DNA of 41,498 nucleotides. Source: Chitinophagales bacterium (GTDB lineage Bacteria; Bacteroidota; Bacteroidia; Chitinophagales; JADIYW01). The translations under genes were made by a program, and so were the position numbers. The stretch spans positions 1-41,498 of the forward strand of contig JAIBAX010000043.1 in the NCBI GenBank assembly GCA_019694955.1. Direction: 5' to 3'. Each line of letters begins with the position of its first letter. Positions within the stretch are counted from its first letter, which is position 1. Shown here piece after piece: positions 1 through 10,156 of the stretch. A model generated the notes under the pieces. The model was not told where the DNA came from. It saw nothing but the letters and a program-made list of their open reading frames with translations, and did no database searches.

Positions 1-2979
1 AAAAATATTGCCTGATTGTCTATGGATTTCAGCGATATAAAAGCCGCTATTTAGATGAATTATGGCGTCATTGAGGTAATTATATCCTTCTTCTATGTAA
101 ATGTTCTTACTGAATATGAGCTTACCTTCTATATTAAAGATATTTAATATTCCTTCGCCCGGGGTTGTTGCAAAGAATTCAAACTCAGGAACAGATTTAG
201 ACGGATTCGGAAATATTCGCAGATTTTCTTCTGTTGGTATTTGCACGGCTTCAATGGTTGTTTCTTCTTCAGAAAGTCTGGCATTGCAACCGCTATTTAA
301 ATATGTAGGATCATCCGTTCCAACATTTACGTTTAGTCCCAAACTGCCATTATTATTTGTTGATGATAAATCGTCTATTATTTGACTTCCAGTTGAATTA
401 AAATCCCAATACCCAACCAACCCATTCGATTGGGGGTTAATGGTAGTATTTTTATAGGTATTAATATCTGAAACACTTCTAGCGACATTCCAAATTCTTA
501 CTTCATCTATGTCACCTGTAAAGCCAAAGTAAGAGCCCCAAGTTGTTGTTCCAGTGGTTTTATATTTATTTCCACCGCCAATACTCCATCCAGATGCAAC
601 GGTAGGGCTTTCAATTGTATTTGTATATGTTTTGCTATTGCAAATGATGCCATCTACATATGCAGATAACATGTTGGCATTACGAACGATGGCAATATGG
701 TGCCACTTGCTATCATTTAGATTCTTACAGGGAAGAAAAACGAACTTTTTGCCATTTAGCCATATTTCTAAGCGATTTGTTCCATTATATCTACTGTATG
801 CTACAGTTAAGTTGTTTTTAAAGGGATAAAATGTTTGGGGTGCATTGGACAATAAAACCATGTAGTTCGTATTGCTAAAACCACGTGCTTTTAACTCGAT
901 GGTAAAACTCGATTTGCTAATATTTTGAAGTGCTATTGCAGGCATATTGACAAAATCTCCGGCACCACCTGTGTTGGTGAAATTCAGATAAGAACATGAT
1001 CCACCGCTGCTACCATTCGGTGTTTTAGTAAGCTTTATTTCTAAGTAACCAATAGAATATTTTCTATAATTAAAGGTATTGAGTGAACTTAATAGGATAT
1101 CCTCCGAAAATTGAATGGTTTTGTTTAGGTTAGTATTATAGAGCGTTTCATCATTTAAAAATGCAGTTGTACCACGACTGGCATATAATTTATCAGCAGT
1201 GGCAAAGGTGTGATGGATGGATTGAATAGCATAATCATAGGAAGTACTGATCATAGATAAGGCACCTAACCCAGCTGCAATATCCGCCTCAGTTTTATTA
1301 GAATAGTAGATATATAATGTACCACCATCTGTTTCTGAAGCACCTCCTGGTTTATAGAAAACCCGGTTTTTTATGTTGGGATTTGTTTGCAAAATATTGG
1401 TTGTACCATTACAAATATACAGGCTGTCTTTGCAGAGTGGTTTCAATATGGATGCAGCAATATAATTAGCCCGCTGTTTAACACTTTGCTGAGCAGCGTT
1501 ATAACTCATATTAGACAATTCATATGTTGGAAATGGATTTTCACTGGTGCCTAAATCTGCATCTGATGAAAACTGATGCGTAGCATATGGAATAAATTCT
1601 GAATCCGTGGTTAAGTTATTGGCATCCAACATTGTCAAGAAATATTCAAAATTATACATTGCCTGAAGTAAGGTATTGCCTACTTTTCTTCTGTTTGGAC
1701 CATAGGGGTCGCCGGGAATAGAAACGGCATCCATTTTTACTTCCCATTCCGTAATCCAAAGCTTCTTATTTCCTAATAAAGACCCATTTTTAAGCCCTAT
1801 AAACTCACTTAGTTTTTTATCTAAATAATAATTCATAGAATCCCTACAAGCAGGAAAATCTGTATCTAAATTATCTGTCAAAGTTAGTGGGTCGTATTTG
1901 AAAAAGTAGTTGTGTAAGATGTAAGCATCTGAGAAGTTTTGCATGTGGTTGTTCATGTAGTAGTTCCAAAGATTGATATAACCATTGTCATCCAAGAGTG
2001 GAACACCTATTTTAATATTGGCACCATTTGTTATTGAGTTTTTGATGATTTTACTATACATGCCGACCAAAGCAACATAATAACGAAGGGAAGCTGTATC
2101 AGTAGAAGTGTATATTTTTTGGTGAAGATCTATGCGTTCAAAAAGAGTAGTACTTGTTTTTTTGAAATCTGCTAAGGTATAATCAGACTGGTACTTGGTG
2201 TTGGCCAATTCATTTCCCATTTCTACTCCGGCCACACCGATTTCTGTATTTAAATCGGTGATTGCGTCATAGTTTTCTTTTACTAACTCGTAGAATTTCT
2301 GAGAAATCAATCCTTGATTTTTTTTCGATTCTAAGTCGGCGAGCGATGTGATTGATTCTATGGTTGCCACTTTTGTTATCAACTCATTTCTTAAGTTATC
2401 GTGGAAAGAAAAGTGTGGAATAATATTGAGGACATACATCACTTTGATATTATTATCTTGTACACCATCACCATTTTTATCACTATTCAAATCTTTCACA
2501 TACTTCATAAATGGAAAGATGATGTTGCCTTGTCCACCGTTAGGATTATTCCATCCAGCATAACCCTGATAGGTAGATGCGTTATTGGTGGCATTTTCAT
2601 CTTTCATTTTCTGATAACTCGCGTTTGTAATGGCTGGATCCCAATTTAAAATATTAACAGGACCTTCATCAATGCGCTCGCCAAATCCATTCCGCCATCT
2701 GTGATAGTCGTTCGAAATACCACCGCCGGGAAATCTAAGTGTATTGATATTTAAGTTATTGTATTCAGCAATTGCATCAGGATCAATCTCTCCATTATAA
2801 CTACCATCCGCATTTAAGTTGATGATAAATGACCATTGTCTGGAAAGGTTGTACCCTTGAAGGGTGTTCGCAATCTTTTTAGTATTTGTGTTTTCTAAAC
2901 TAATTACCTGAGCACAAGTTTTTGTGATAGAAAATTGTGTTACTAGGGTTAATAATAAAAACTTGTAGATGTTTTTCAT
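1..2979 (-). CDS. Secreted glycoside hydrolase (clan GH-A TIM-barrel) with LamG/concanavalin-like domain and T9SS (Por) C-terminal sorting domain. It is a paralog of the next gene, and its 3' end (last ~10 codons) runs off the window.
   Basis: On the reverse strand there is an ATG at 2979, followed by MKNIYKFLLLTLVTQFSITKTCAQVISLEN..NTLRFPGGGISNDYHRWRNGFGERIDEG... This is collinear with and very similar to the 1001-aa ORF 2987..5992. The frame is open to position 1. The + strand ORFs in this region are antisense artefacts. Confidence 0.7.
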   Translation of the reverse strand, partial: MKNIYKFLLLTLVTQFSITKTCAQVISLENTNTKKIANTLQGYNLSRQWSFIINLNADGSYNGEIDPDAIAEYNNLNINTLRFPGGGISNDYHRWRNGFGERIDEGPVNILNWDPAITNASYQKMKDENATNNASTYQGYAGWNNPNGGQGNIIFPFMKYVKDLNSDKNGDGVQDNNIKVMYVLNIIPHFSFHDNLRNELITKVATIESITSLADLESKKNQGLISQKFYELVKENYDAITDLNTEIGVAGVEMGNELANTKYQSDYTLADFKKTSTTLFERIDLHQKIYTSTDTASLRYYVALVGMYSKIIKNSITNGANIKIGVPLLDDNGYINLWNYYMNNHMQNFSDAYILHNYFFKYDPLTLTDNLDTDFPACRDSMNYYLDKKLSEFIGLKNGSLLGNKKLWITEWEVKMDAVSIPGDPYGPNRRKVGNTLLQAMYNFEYFLTMLDANNLTTDSEFIPYATHQFSSDADLGTSENPFPTYELSNMSYNAAQQSVKQRANYIAASILKPLCKDSLYICNGTTNILQTNPNIKNRVFYKPGGASETDGGTLYIYYSNKTEADIAAGLGALSMISTSYDYAIQSIHHTFATADKLYASRGTTAFLNDETLYNTNLNKTIQFSEDILLSSLNTFNYRKYSIGYLEIKLTKTPNGSSGGSCSYLNFTNTGGAGDFVNMPAIALQNISKSSFTIELKARGFSNTNYMVLLSNAPQTFYPFKNNLTVAYSRYNGTNRLEIWLNGKKFVFLPCKNLNDSKWHHIAIVRNANMLSAYVDGIICNSKTYTNTIESPTVASGWSIGGGNKYKTTGTTTWGSYFGFTGDIDEVRIWNVARSVSDINTYKNTTINPQSNGLVGYWDFNSTGSQIIDDLSSTNNNGSLGLNVNVGTDDPTYLNSGCNARLSEEETTIEAVQIPTEENLRIFPNPSKSVPEFEFFATTPGEGILNIFNIEGKLIFSKNIYIEEGYNYLNDAIIHLNSGFYIAEIHRQSGNIF

Positions 2980-2986
2980 GTTATTA

Positions 2987-5900
2987 TCAGTTTGTTATAA
3001 TAATTTTATTTATAATTTGCTGTTTATCAGGTTGTTGTAATATAAGTATGTACATACCACTCTCTAAGGCAATATCATTTAGTGCTAATTTTTGCATTCC
3101 AGTAAATACTTTTATTTCTTTCGAAAATACTATACTTCCATTCATATTAATTAAACTTAGTTGCACGGTTTTATTCTCTATAGATTGGTATTCTATGGTA
3201 GGCAAATAATTTGAAGTAGGGTTAGGGTAGATGATTAATTTTTCTTCATTAGAAAGGGTATTTTCCTCGGCAATATCTTCCGTCAATCTATTATTATTAC
3301 ATCCACTATTTTTATACAAAGGGTCTGAATTATCCGTATCCAATGTTTCACCAAGAGTAGCTAAATTTCCTGATGTTGAAAGGTCATAAATAATTTGGCT
3401 GCCTCTGTCATTAAAATCCCAGTAACCGATTAATCCGAGGCTTGCTGGAGAAACACTTGTAGATGAACTTAACTCGTTAATCTCCGTAGCAGTTTTTGCG
3501 ACATTCCAAATTCTCACATTATCCATATCGCCAGTCATACCAAAATAATTTCCCCAAGTTGTGGTGCCAGTAGTGTATTTGTCGCCCCCACCAAATGACC
3601 AATAGGCTGATTGTGTTACTGTTTCTCCCGTAGTTGAGTATAATAATGATTTACAAAGATTACCGTCAATATATACTGAAATATTTTTCCTGTATCTTAC
3701 TACTGCTATATGATGCCAGAGACCATCATATAGGTTTTTACATGTTCCAAACAGCATTCTTTTACCGTTTATCCAAACTTCTATCCTATCATAGCCATTG
3801 TATCTATTGTATGCGAGCGTGAAATTATTTCTGAAAGGGAAATAAGCTTGTGGTGCATTGCTGAGTAGTACCATATAATTGGTATTAGTCAATCCTTTCA
3901 CTTTAAGTTCTGCGGTAAAGTCAGCTTTACTAAAATCTTTGAAAATGGGGTTAGCAATTCTAACAAAATCTCCTTTACCCCCTGTATTTGAAAGCCTAAG
4001 GTAAGAACATCCATTGTTTCCTCCTCCCCCATTTGGATCGTACTTGTCTAGTTTTATAATGAGACATCCAAACGAATATCTTGGATATACAAAATTGGAC
4101 AAATTACTTAAGGATGTCGTTGAATATTGTAAAGTTTTGTCCAAGTCATTTGTATATAATGTCTCATCAATTGAGAATGCTGTCATTCCTCTTGAGGCAT
4201 ACATTTGGTTGGCAACCGCATACTGATGTGTAATGGTATTAATATCGAAAGCAAAGCCTGTTTGTAAAAAGGTCAATCCTCCTAGGTTGGCTGATATTTC
4301 GCTTTCTGACCAATTGGAATAGTATATATATATTGTTCCGCCATCCGTATTGCTGATACCTTTTTTATAGTAAATTTTTGTTTTGATATCAGTATTTAAA
4401 GGAATAATGCCAGATGAAGAATTTACAGCAAAAAGAGTCCCTGTTGTAATATTTCTTATCATTTCTGCAACGATAAAATTTGTTCTTTTTACAATATTTG
4501 TGGCAGTATTGTTTGAAAGATTACAAAGCTCATAGGTTGGAGTACTGCTTTCTCCTAAACCTATTTGTGCATCAAACAAAAACTGATGATTCGCATATTC
4601 AATAAAACCGCCTGATTCTTTAATTAAATTGTTTACTTCCAACATCATCATATAATACTCCGTATTATACATTCCCTGAAGCATGGTATTGCCAAATTTT
4701 TTGCGATTTGGTCCATAAATATCCCCCGAGTTGGCAACTTCATCCATTTTTATTTCCCATTCTGTGAGCCATAATTTCTTGCCAATAAGATTAATATTGT
4801 TTTTTAAAGAACTAAATTCGTTCTTTTTGTCTTCTAAAAAAGTCGTAATGGTACTCCTACAGTTTTTAAAATCTGCTACAAGATTATTGGCAAGTGTGGT
4901 GGGTTGGAAATCATAAAAGTAATTGTGAATAATATATGAAGTTGCATAATTACTTAGATTAGCAAAAATATAATTATTCCATTGATTGTCATAATTTGTT
5001 TCAGGAATGATGGGGATACCAATTTTTATAGTATTGCCATTGGAAACTGAATTTTTAATTATGTTAGTATACATTTTAACTAAAGCTGCGTAAAATTTAA
5101 TAGAACTTGCATCCTGAGTGGTATATATTTTTAAATGCAAATCCGTTCTCTCGTAAAGCTGTGTATTGGGTTTTGTAAAGTTTTCCAAGGTATAGTCTGA
5201 TCTATATTTTAAAAAGGAAATTTCATTACCCATTTCTACACCTGCAACGCCAATTTCTTGCTGTAAGTTAGAAATGGCCTCGATATTTTCAAGGACAAGA
5301 TTGTAAAAGGACTCAGATAAGATTCCCGAATTTTTCTTAGTTGTCAAATCTGTCAATGATTGAATATTTTCAATCTCAGCTACTTTTTGAATAAGCTCAT
5401 TCCTTAAATTATCGTGAAAGGAGAAGTGAGGAACGATATTTAAAACGTATAAAATTTTAATATTATTATCGTTAATCCCATCATTATTTTTGTCTTTATT
5501 AAGTTCTTTTACGAACCGCATAAAAGGGAAAATTATATTGTTATTTCCAACTGAAGAAGCATTCCAACCCGCATAAGAACTGTAAATTGTAGGGTCGTTA
5601 TAAGCTTTATAGTCCTTAATCTTATCATACCCATCATTGGTCACTAAGGGGTCAGTATAATTAAGATTTAAAACACCCTCGTCAATTCGTTCACCATATC
5701 CTTTTCTAAATCGATGATAATCAACAGATGTGCCACCACCTGGAAATCTTAGTGTATTAATGTTTAGATTATTCAGATTATTAATGGCCTCAAGGTCAAT
5801 ATTACCATTATACCCTCCATTCGCATTTTCACCTATAATATAAGACCATTGTCTGGCAAGATTATAACCATGTAAATTGTTGTCAATTTGTTTTAAATTA

Positions 5901-5992
5901 ACGTCTTCAAGACTTATAATTTGTGCGTTAGACTCTTGTAAAACAAATAAAAATAAACATGCTAAAGCATAGCGTGTAAAAAATACCCTCAT
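2987..5992 (-). CDS. Secreted glycoside hydrolase, clan GH-A (RFPGG motif, GNE acid/base, LTEWE nucleophile region), with a LamG-like domain and a T9SS type-A C-terminal sorting domain
   Basis: Signal peptide MRVFFTRYALACLFLFVLQESNAQ. Motifs NTLRFPGGGTSVDYHRF (GH51/GH-A-like), VEMGNEISF and KKLWLTEWE. LamG-like stretch LWHHIAVVRYRKNISVYIDGNL. C-terminus ...GMYILILQQPDKQQIINKIIITN is typical of the Por secretion CTD. Confidence 0.8.
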   Translation of the reverse strand: MRVFFTRYALACLFLFVLQESNAQIISLEDVNLKQIDNNLHGYNLARQWSYIIGENANGGYNGNIDLEAINNLNNLNINTLRFPGGGTSVDYHRFRKGYGERIDEGVLNLNYTDPLVTNDGYDKIKDYKAYNDPTIYSSYAGWNASSVGNNNIIFPFMRFVKELNKDKNNDGINDNNIKILYVLNIVPHFSFHDNLRNELIQKVAEIENIQSLTDLTTKKNSGILSESFYNLVLENIEAISNLQQEIGVAGVEMGNEISFLKYRSDYTLENFTKPNTQLYERTDLHLKIYTTQDASSIKFYAALVKMYTNIIKNSVSNGNTIKIGIPIIPETNYDNQWNNYIFANLSNYATSYIIHNYFYDFQPTTLANNLVADFKNCRSTITTFLEDKKNEFSSLKNNINLIGKKLWLTEWEIKMDEVANSGDIYGPNRKKFGNTMLQGMYNTEYYMMMLEVNNLIKESGGFIEYANHQFLFDAQIGLGESSTPTYELCNLSNNTATNIVKRTNFIVAEMIRNITTGTLFAVNSSSGIIPLNTDIKTKIYYKKGISNTDGGTIYIYYSNWSESEISANLGGLTFLQTGFAFDINTITHQYAVANQMYASRGMTAFSIDETLYTNDLDKTLQYSTTSLSNLSNFVYPRYSFGCLIIKLDKYDPNGGGGNNGCSYLRLSNTGGKGDFVRIANPIFKDFSKADFTAELKVKGLTNTNYMVLLSNAPQAYFPFRNNFTLAYNRYNGYDRIEVWINGKRMLFGTCKNLYDGLWHHIAVVRYRKNISVYIDGNLCKSLLYSTTGETVTQSAYWSFGGGDKYTTGTTTWGNYFGMTGDMDNVRIWNVAKTATEINELSSSTSVSPASLGLIGYWDFNDRGSQIIYDLSTSGNLATLGETLDTDNSDPLYKNSGCNNNRLTEDIAEENTLSNEEKLIIYPNPTSNYLPTIEYQSIENKTVQLSLINMNGSIVFSKEIKVFTGMQKLALNDIALESGMYILILQQPDKQQIINKIIITN

Positions 5993-6148
5993 AAATTGTA
6001 AAATTAGTCCCTCAATTAACTTCGCCTCAAAGTTAAGTAAATATTAATACAATTACAAGTGTTCGGAATAAAATATTATATTTAATATATTTAAAGTGTA
6101 TTCTTGTTGATTTTCAATGTGTTTGAAAATATATATAAAATTTAAGGC

Positions 6149-6889
6149 TTAGATGTTAAAAATAACAGTCTTATTATCCACTCTTATGCGATCTCCGTAA
6201 ACACCTTCTGGTTTAGCAGTTCCGACGCTGATTATCATACAAATCTCAGCTTCTTTTGGCAGCCTTAAGAAATTTTTTACTCTTTTAGAATCAAAACCTT
6301 CCATTGGACAGGAGTCATAACCTTCTGCCTTCATACTTAACATAAAAGTTTGTGCTGCAAGCGCTGCACTTTTGTGGACAACAACACGCATATCATCAGA
6401 AGTAACTTCTCTGCTAATCGGTTGGAAAACACCTGTTCCAAAGGTGGCAGTTTTCTTAAAAGCATTCATGAGTCCTAAAGGATCATTACCGTATAACATT
6501 GGAATCAACCTTTCATAATACGTTTCTATAAGCGCTTCCTTTTTGCCTTTTTTTTCCGGGAATGACTTTCGCGCTTCATTCAATACAAACTGTGCACGCT
6601 CCTTCCATTTGTCTTTTCTGGTTACAACAACAATCAATTCGTTTGCCGTTTTAGCGGCCTTTTGCCCCAAACAATATCCCGCCAGTTCATCCTTTTTTTG
6701 CTTAGTATGTACCCGATAAAACTCCCATAATTGTAAATTAGAACTATTCGGCGACAATACGGCACGTTCCAAACTTCTCAATACTGCATTTCCATCAAAA
6801 GGTGCCAACTCATCATATATCCTTACCGACCTTCTTTCATGAACGATTTGCTCAAAAATAGCCACCATTTTTTCTTTTTCCATTTCCAT
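6149..6889 (-). CDS. Nitroreductase family protein (the ORF-track start at 6925 is TTG; an internal ATG at ~6889/6883 is more likely)
   Basis: RRSVRIYDE...AVLSPNSSNLQLWEFY matches the nitroreductase fold signature (RRS.R.F...SP.S.N.QPW.F). Confidence 0.75.
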   Translation of the reverse strand: MEMEKEKMVAIFEQIVHERRSVRIYDELAPFDGNAVLRSLERAVLSPNSSNLQLWEFYRVHTKQKKDELAGYCLGQKAAKTANELIVVVTRKDKWKERAQFVLNEARKSFPEKKGKKEALIETYYERLIPMLYGNDPLGLMNAFKKTATFGTGVFQPISREVTSDDMRVVVHKSAALAAQTFMLSMKAEGYDSCPMEGFDSKRVKNFLRLPKEAEICMIISVGTAKPEGVYGDRIRVDNKTVIFNI

Positions 6890-6970
6890 ATTTTCCAACG
6901 TGAATAACTTTTCTTTTCTTTTCAATGCAAAAATGTCATTTTTGTTTAGAAATTTATAAAAAAGATTCTA

Positions 6971-7477
6971 ATGACTGTCAATGAACTTATCAATGAACTG
7001 GATCGCTTTGTAGTGCCGACCTTAATTTATTTTGCCGGACTGCCATTATTTGCATTGCTTTTAGGCTGGATTTGTGGCGAAAATGCAATAAAGTCACCAT
7101 GGAAATTTATATATTCCGTATTAATTTATGCTGTATGTATTCCTGCCATATTTAGTTTTGTGCTAATTTTGTATGCCATACTTTTTGTTCATACGAATTT
7201 ATTAGACTCAAGTGTGTTAGCATATTTCTTGCCCATCGTTTCCCTCCTGTTTACGGTAGCCATTATTAACAAAACCATTAAAATGGATCAAATTCCGGGA
7301 TTCCAAAGACTTTCGGGACTTGTAACAGTCATCATATTGGCATTTGTAGCCACATTCTTAATACAGAGAGTGTTTATTGCTTTTGTATTTTTTGGTAGCA
7401 TATGGAGTTTTATAGCCATATTTTTGGTGCTATTCATTGTTTTTAAGTTTGCTCTTAAAAACGTTATCAAGTCATAA
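6971..7477 (+). CDS. Hypothetical integral membrane protein (4-5 TM helices)
   Basis: Hydrophobic composition throughout. Its stop overlaps the start of the next ORF (TAAATG). Confidence 0.55.
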   Translation: MTVNELINELDRFVVPTLIYFAGLPLFALLLGWICGENAIKSPWKFIYSVLIYAVCIPAIFSFVLILYAILFVHTNLLDSSVLAYFLPIVSLLFTVAIINKTIKMDQIPGFQRLSGLVTVIILAFVATFLIQRVFIAFVFFGSIWSFIAIFLVLFIVFKFALKNVIKS

Positions 7478-7987
7478 ATGGAATTACGTGAAATTGTTTT
7501 AGCAGAACATTCTAAGCAACAACAACTTAAGATAATAACATTAATTGGCGATAATCATGAGCGTTTTTTAGAACTCATGCACTTGTTTCTAACGGATGAA
7601 TACAGGGTTGTTCAGAGAGTCGCATGGGTAATGGGTGCATTGGGCGAAATACACCCAGAGTGGTTTCTTAATTTTATTCCGGATATCATTCAAAAAATCA
7701 AACAACCCGAACATGAAGCTGTAAAGCGCAATTGCCTGAGGATATTAACATTCATAAGCATTTCTGAAGAATGGCAAGGCGAATTATTTGATATTTGTTT
7801 TAATATCATCGGTTCATTTGAAGAACTTCCCGCACCCAAAGCTTATGCCATTGCCATCATCACAAAATATATCAAGGTCTATCCAGAATTGGCGCAAGAA
7901 TTGGACATATTATTACAACAGATATTGCCCCATGAAGGGCCGGCAGTAAAAAGTAAGGCAAAGCAATTTTATAAATCCTATCGCTAA
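7478..7987 (+). CDS. Hypothetical protein, possibly a HEAT-like repeat protein of the DNA-alkylation-repair-enzyme family
   Basis: Helical repeat character (RVAWVMGALGEIHPEW; AVKRNCLRILTFIS). The family assignment is tentative. Confidence 0.45.
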   Translation: MELREIVLAEHSKQQQLKIITLIGDNHERFLELMHLFLTDEYRVVQRVAWVMGALGEIHPEWFLNFIPDIIQKIKQPEHEAVKRNCLRILTFISISEEWQGELFDICFNIIGSFEELPAPKAYAIAIITKYIKVYPELAQELDILLQQILPHEGPAVKSKAKQFYKSYR

Positions 7988-8008
7988 AAACTTCCACATA
8001 GCACTACA

Positions 8009-9454
8009 TCATCCCATGGGTGTTATACTTCTTATTTTTGGAAATTGAACTACATGTTTGGTTTGAAGAGATAAAAGAGTTTTAATAAGCGTAATCCTGG
8101 TTTCCCGTGGAAAAATTACTTGGTCGATAATCCCTTCTGCCGCTGCCTCATAAGGATTTAGAAAGCGTTTTTTATATAGATCAATCTGCCCTTTTAAGTA
8201 TTGCTCAGGGTCGTTTTGTTTTAAAGCAGCTTTTTCAAACAAAATACTTAATGTCGCATCAGAGCCAACAACAGCAATGGCAGATTGAGGATAGGCAAAA
8301 TTATAATCAATACCCATGCCTTTTGGCCCCATAAAACCGTAAGCGCCGCCAATTAGTTTTCTCATGATAACTGTAATTTTAGGATTCGTTGAATTTCCTT
8401 GTGTCTGAAAATACCTGCCCCCACTTCCTAAGATACCATTCTCTTCTTGCTCCTTTCCTGGCAACATTCCGGGAGAATCTGCTAGAAAAACTACAGGAAT
8501 TTGATAGGCATCACAGATTTCTAAAAATCGGGCAGCCTTCTGCGATGCCTTTACATCAATAGCACCACCCAATACCATAGGTTGATTGGCAATGATACCA
8601 ATGTTCAGTCCACCGATTACTGAAAAACCTACAACTATGCTAGTACCAAAATCTTCATTGACTTCTAGAAAACGACCTTCATCAACTATCATTTCAATAA
8701 TATTCCGGACATCGTAGCCCTGCCTATCATCTTCAGGGAAAAAGTTGTCCAGTAAGGGAATAAGGTCTTTGTCAGAAATCTTATAGTTTGACAATGGTTT
8801 TTCAGCATCGAAATACTGAGGCAAGAAGGTTAGAATAGATTTTATCATTTCTATACCCTCATATTCATTTTGTACAACATGTGATGCCAATCCTGTTAAC
8901 TGACTATGTAAAAAGGCGCCACCTAGGTCATCAAAAGAATACGTTTTATTTAATACTTTCTCAATGACCTTTGGTCCAGTCAAGAACATATGTCCTTGAT
9001 TCTCTATCATAATGTTAAAATCTGACATGGAGGCAGCATAAGCAGAGCCACCTGCACATGAACCACAAATAATCGTGATATTAGGAATATAGCCAGAAAT
9101 TTCAGCCCATTTTTTTGCAAAAATTGCTGTACTGTCTATAGACATGGCGCCTTCTTGAATGCGCGCTCCACCTGAATCTATAAATCCAATAATAGGGGCT
9201 CGATTTTGTACTGCCATGTCAATGAGACGACAAATCTTTTGGCAATGATGTATGCCACTTGTACCTGCAAAATAAGTGACATCCTGAGAAAATGCAAAAG
9301 TCAATCTGCCATTTATAGTTCCAAACGCAGTAATAACACCATCACCAGTTCCATTCGTAAAAGAACCCCTTGAACAAATTAAAGAACCCACCTCCTCAAA
9401 AGAATGAAAGTCAAATAAATACTGAAGACGTTGACGCGCGGTTAATTTTTTCAT
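8009..9454 (-). CDS. Acyl-CoA carboxylase carboxyltransferase (beta) subunit, propionyl-CoA/methylmalonyl-CoA carboxyltransferase family
   Basis: Carboxyl transferase domain throughout (RLTFAFSQDVTYFAGTSG, GFIDSGGARIQEG, IICGSCAGGSAYAASMSD, ADSPGMLPGKEQE). Confidence 0.85.
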   Translation of the reverse strand: MKKLTARQRLQYLFDFHSFEEVGSLICSRGSFTNGTGDGVITAFGTINGRLTFAFSQDVTYFAGTSGIHHCQKICRLIDMAVQNRAPIIGFIDSGGARIQEGAMSIDSTAIFAKKWAEISGYIPNITIICGSCAGGSAYAASMSDFNIMIENQGHMFLTGPKVIEKVLNKTYSFDDLGGAFLHSQLTGLASHVVQNEYEGIEMIKSILTFLPQYFDAEKPLSNYKISDKDLIPLLDNFFPEDDRQGYDVRNIIEMIVDEGRFLEVNEDFGTSIVVGFSVIGGLNIGIIANQPMVLGGAIDVKASQKAARFLEICDAYQIPVVFLADSPGMLPGKEQEENGILGSGGRYFQTQGNSTNPKITVIMRKLIGGAYGFMGPKGMGIDYNFAYPQSAIAVVGSDATLSILFEKAALKQNDPEQYLKGQIDLYKKRFLNPYEAAAEGIIDQVIFPRETRITLIKTLLSLQTKHVVQFPKIRSITPMG

Positions 9455-9754
9455 ATTCGGTAATTACACTACCTCAGCTACTACCTTGTTAGCAAAGATA
9501 ATCTTTGCAGGAAAGATAAACAAAAAATAAGCACTTCGACAGAAAAATATATTACAAAAAGCATATTTTATTTATAAAAATTACTTTTTCAAAATCAATA
9601 TCTGATCAAAGGATATTTTGTTTATATGGAACATTTATTTTCATTTTATGAAATGATTTTTCAATAAAAGAGAATTTTTATTGAAAAATCGATAATGAGT
9701 AAATACCAAAAAAATCAATAAGCTGAACAAAAAAAAATCAAATTATTTGGAAAT

Positions 9755-9886
9755 ATGAAAATGATAGATTTACCTTTGTGCCAACAAAATTACGACATGC
9801 TAAAAACAAATTTCATACTCAATTATCGTTTCGGAACAGAAAGTCCGATTGGTAGAGATGATATTTTTAGCCGGGGAAAAAGTTGA
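9755..9886 (+). other. Small ORF (43 aa, MKMIDLPLCQQNYDMLKTNFILNYRFGTESPIGRDDIFSRGKS) or small RNA unit, followed by its own intrinsic terminator
   Basis: ATG at 9755 and TGA at 9884, with a terminator hairpin 9912-9940 immediately downstream. There is no homology I recognise. Confidence 0.3.
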
Positions 9887-9911
9887 TTTTTTTAATTAAA
9901 AATGATACATA

Positions 9912-9940
9912 CCCTGGCAGCAACGCCGGGGTTTTTTATT
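9912..9940 (+). terminator. Rho-independent terminator (stem CCCTGGC/GCCGGGG with one G-U pair, loop AGCAAC, followed by TTTTTTATTTT)
   Basis: Hairpin plus T-run read directly from the sequence. Confidence 0.6.
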
Positions 9941-9963
9941 TTAAAATTGTATAACAAAAAAAG

Positions 9964-10077
9964 ATGCTAAAAAACAGTTTAACACCATTTTATCCGCAAG
10001 CATTAGATGCTTGTAAGGACCATACCTACCGCGTATGGATGGAAACAACAAGGCATCGGCAGTGGGTACATACATAG
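9964..10077 (+). other. Small ORF (37 aa, MLKNSLTPFYPQALDACKDHTYRVWMETTRHRQWVHT) or small RNA unit, followed by a strong intrinsic terminator
   Basis: ATG at 9964 and TAG at 10075. Internal hairpins CAAGCAT-TAG-ATGCTTG and CCATAC-CTACCGC-GTATGG. Terminator at 10107-10140. Confidence 0.3.
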
Positions 10078-10106
10078 CTTATATTTTACTAAATAAAAGT
10101 TGTTGA

Positions 10107-10140
10107 CCCCGGCCGATGCATCGAGCCGGGGATTTTTTAT
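10107..10140 (+). terminator. Rho-independent terminator (CCCCGGC-CGATGCATCGA-GCCGGGG followed by ATTTTTTATTTAT)
   Basis: Perfect 7-bp GC stem with a palindromic loop and a T-run. It overlaps the TTG start (10100) of the ORF-track model, so the real start of the downstream gene is the ATG at 10157. Confidence 0.7.
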
Positions 10141-10156
10141 TTATAAAAGTAACATT

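Noticed and set aside
101-2649. + strand ORFs 101..385, 554..829, 2348..2563 and 2401..2649 (also 2937..3209, 3634..3822, 4014..4226, 4731..4916)
   Set aside because: They lie antisense within the two long, well-supported glycoside-hydrolase genes on the - strand and have low-complexity, Cys/Phe-rich translations. These are antisense artefacts.
10100-10156. ORF-track TTG start at 10100 for the AAA ATPase (MLTPADASSRGFF...)
   Set aside because: These codons are the GC-rich terminator hairpin CCCCGGC..GCCGGGG plus its T-run. The ATG at 10157 (MNNLSDSK) is the plausible start.
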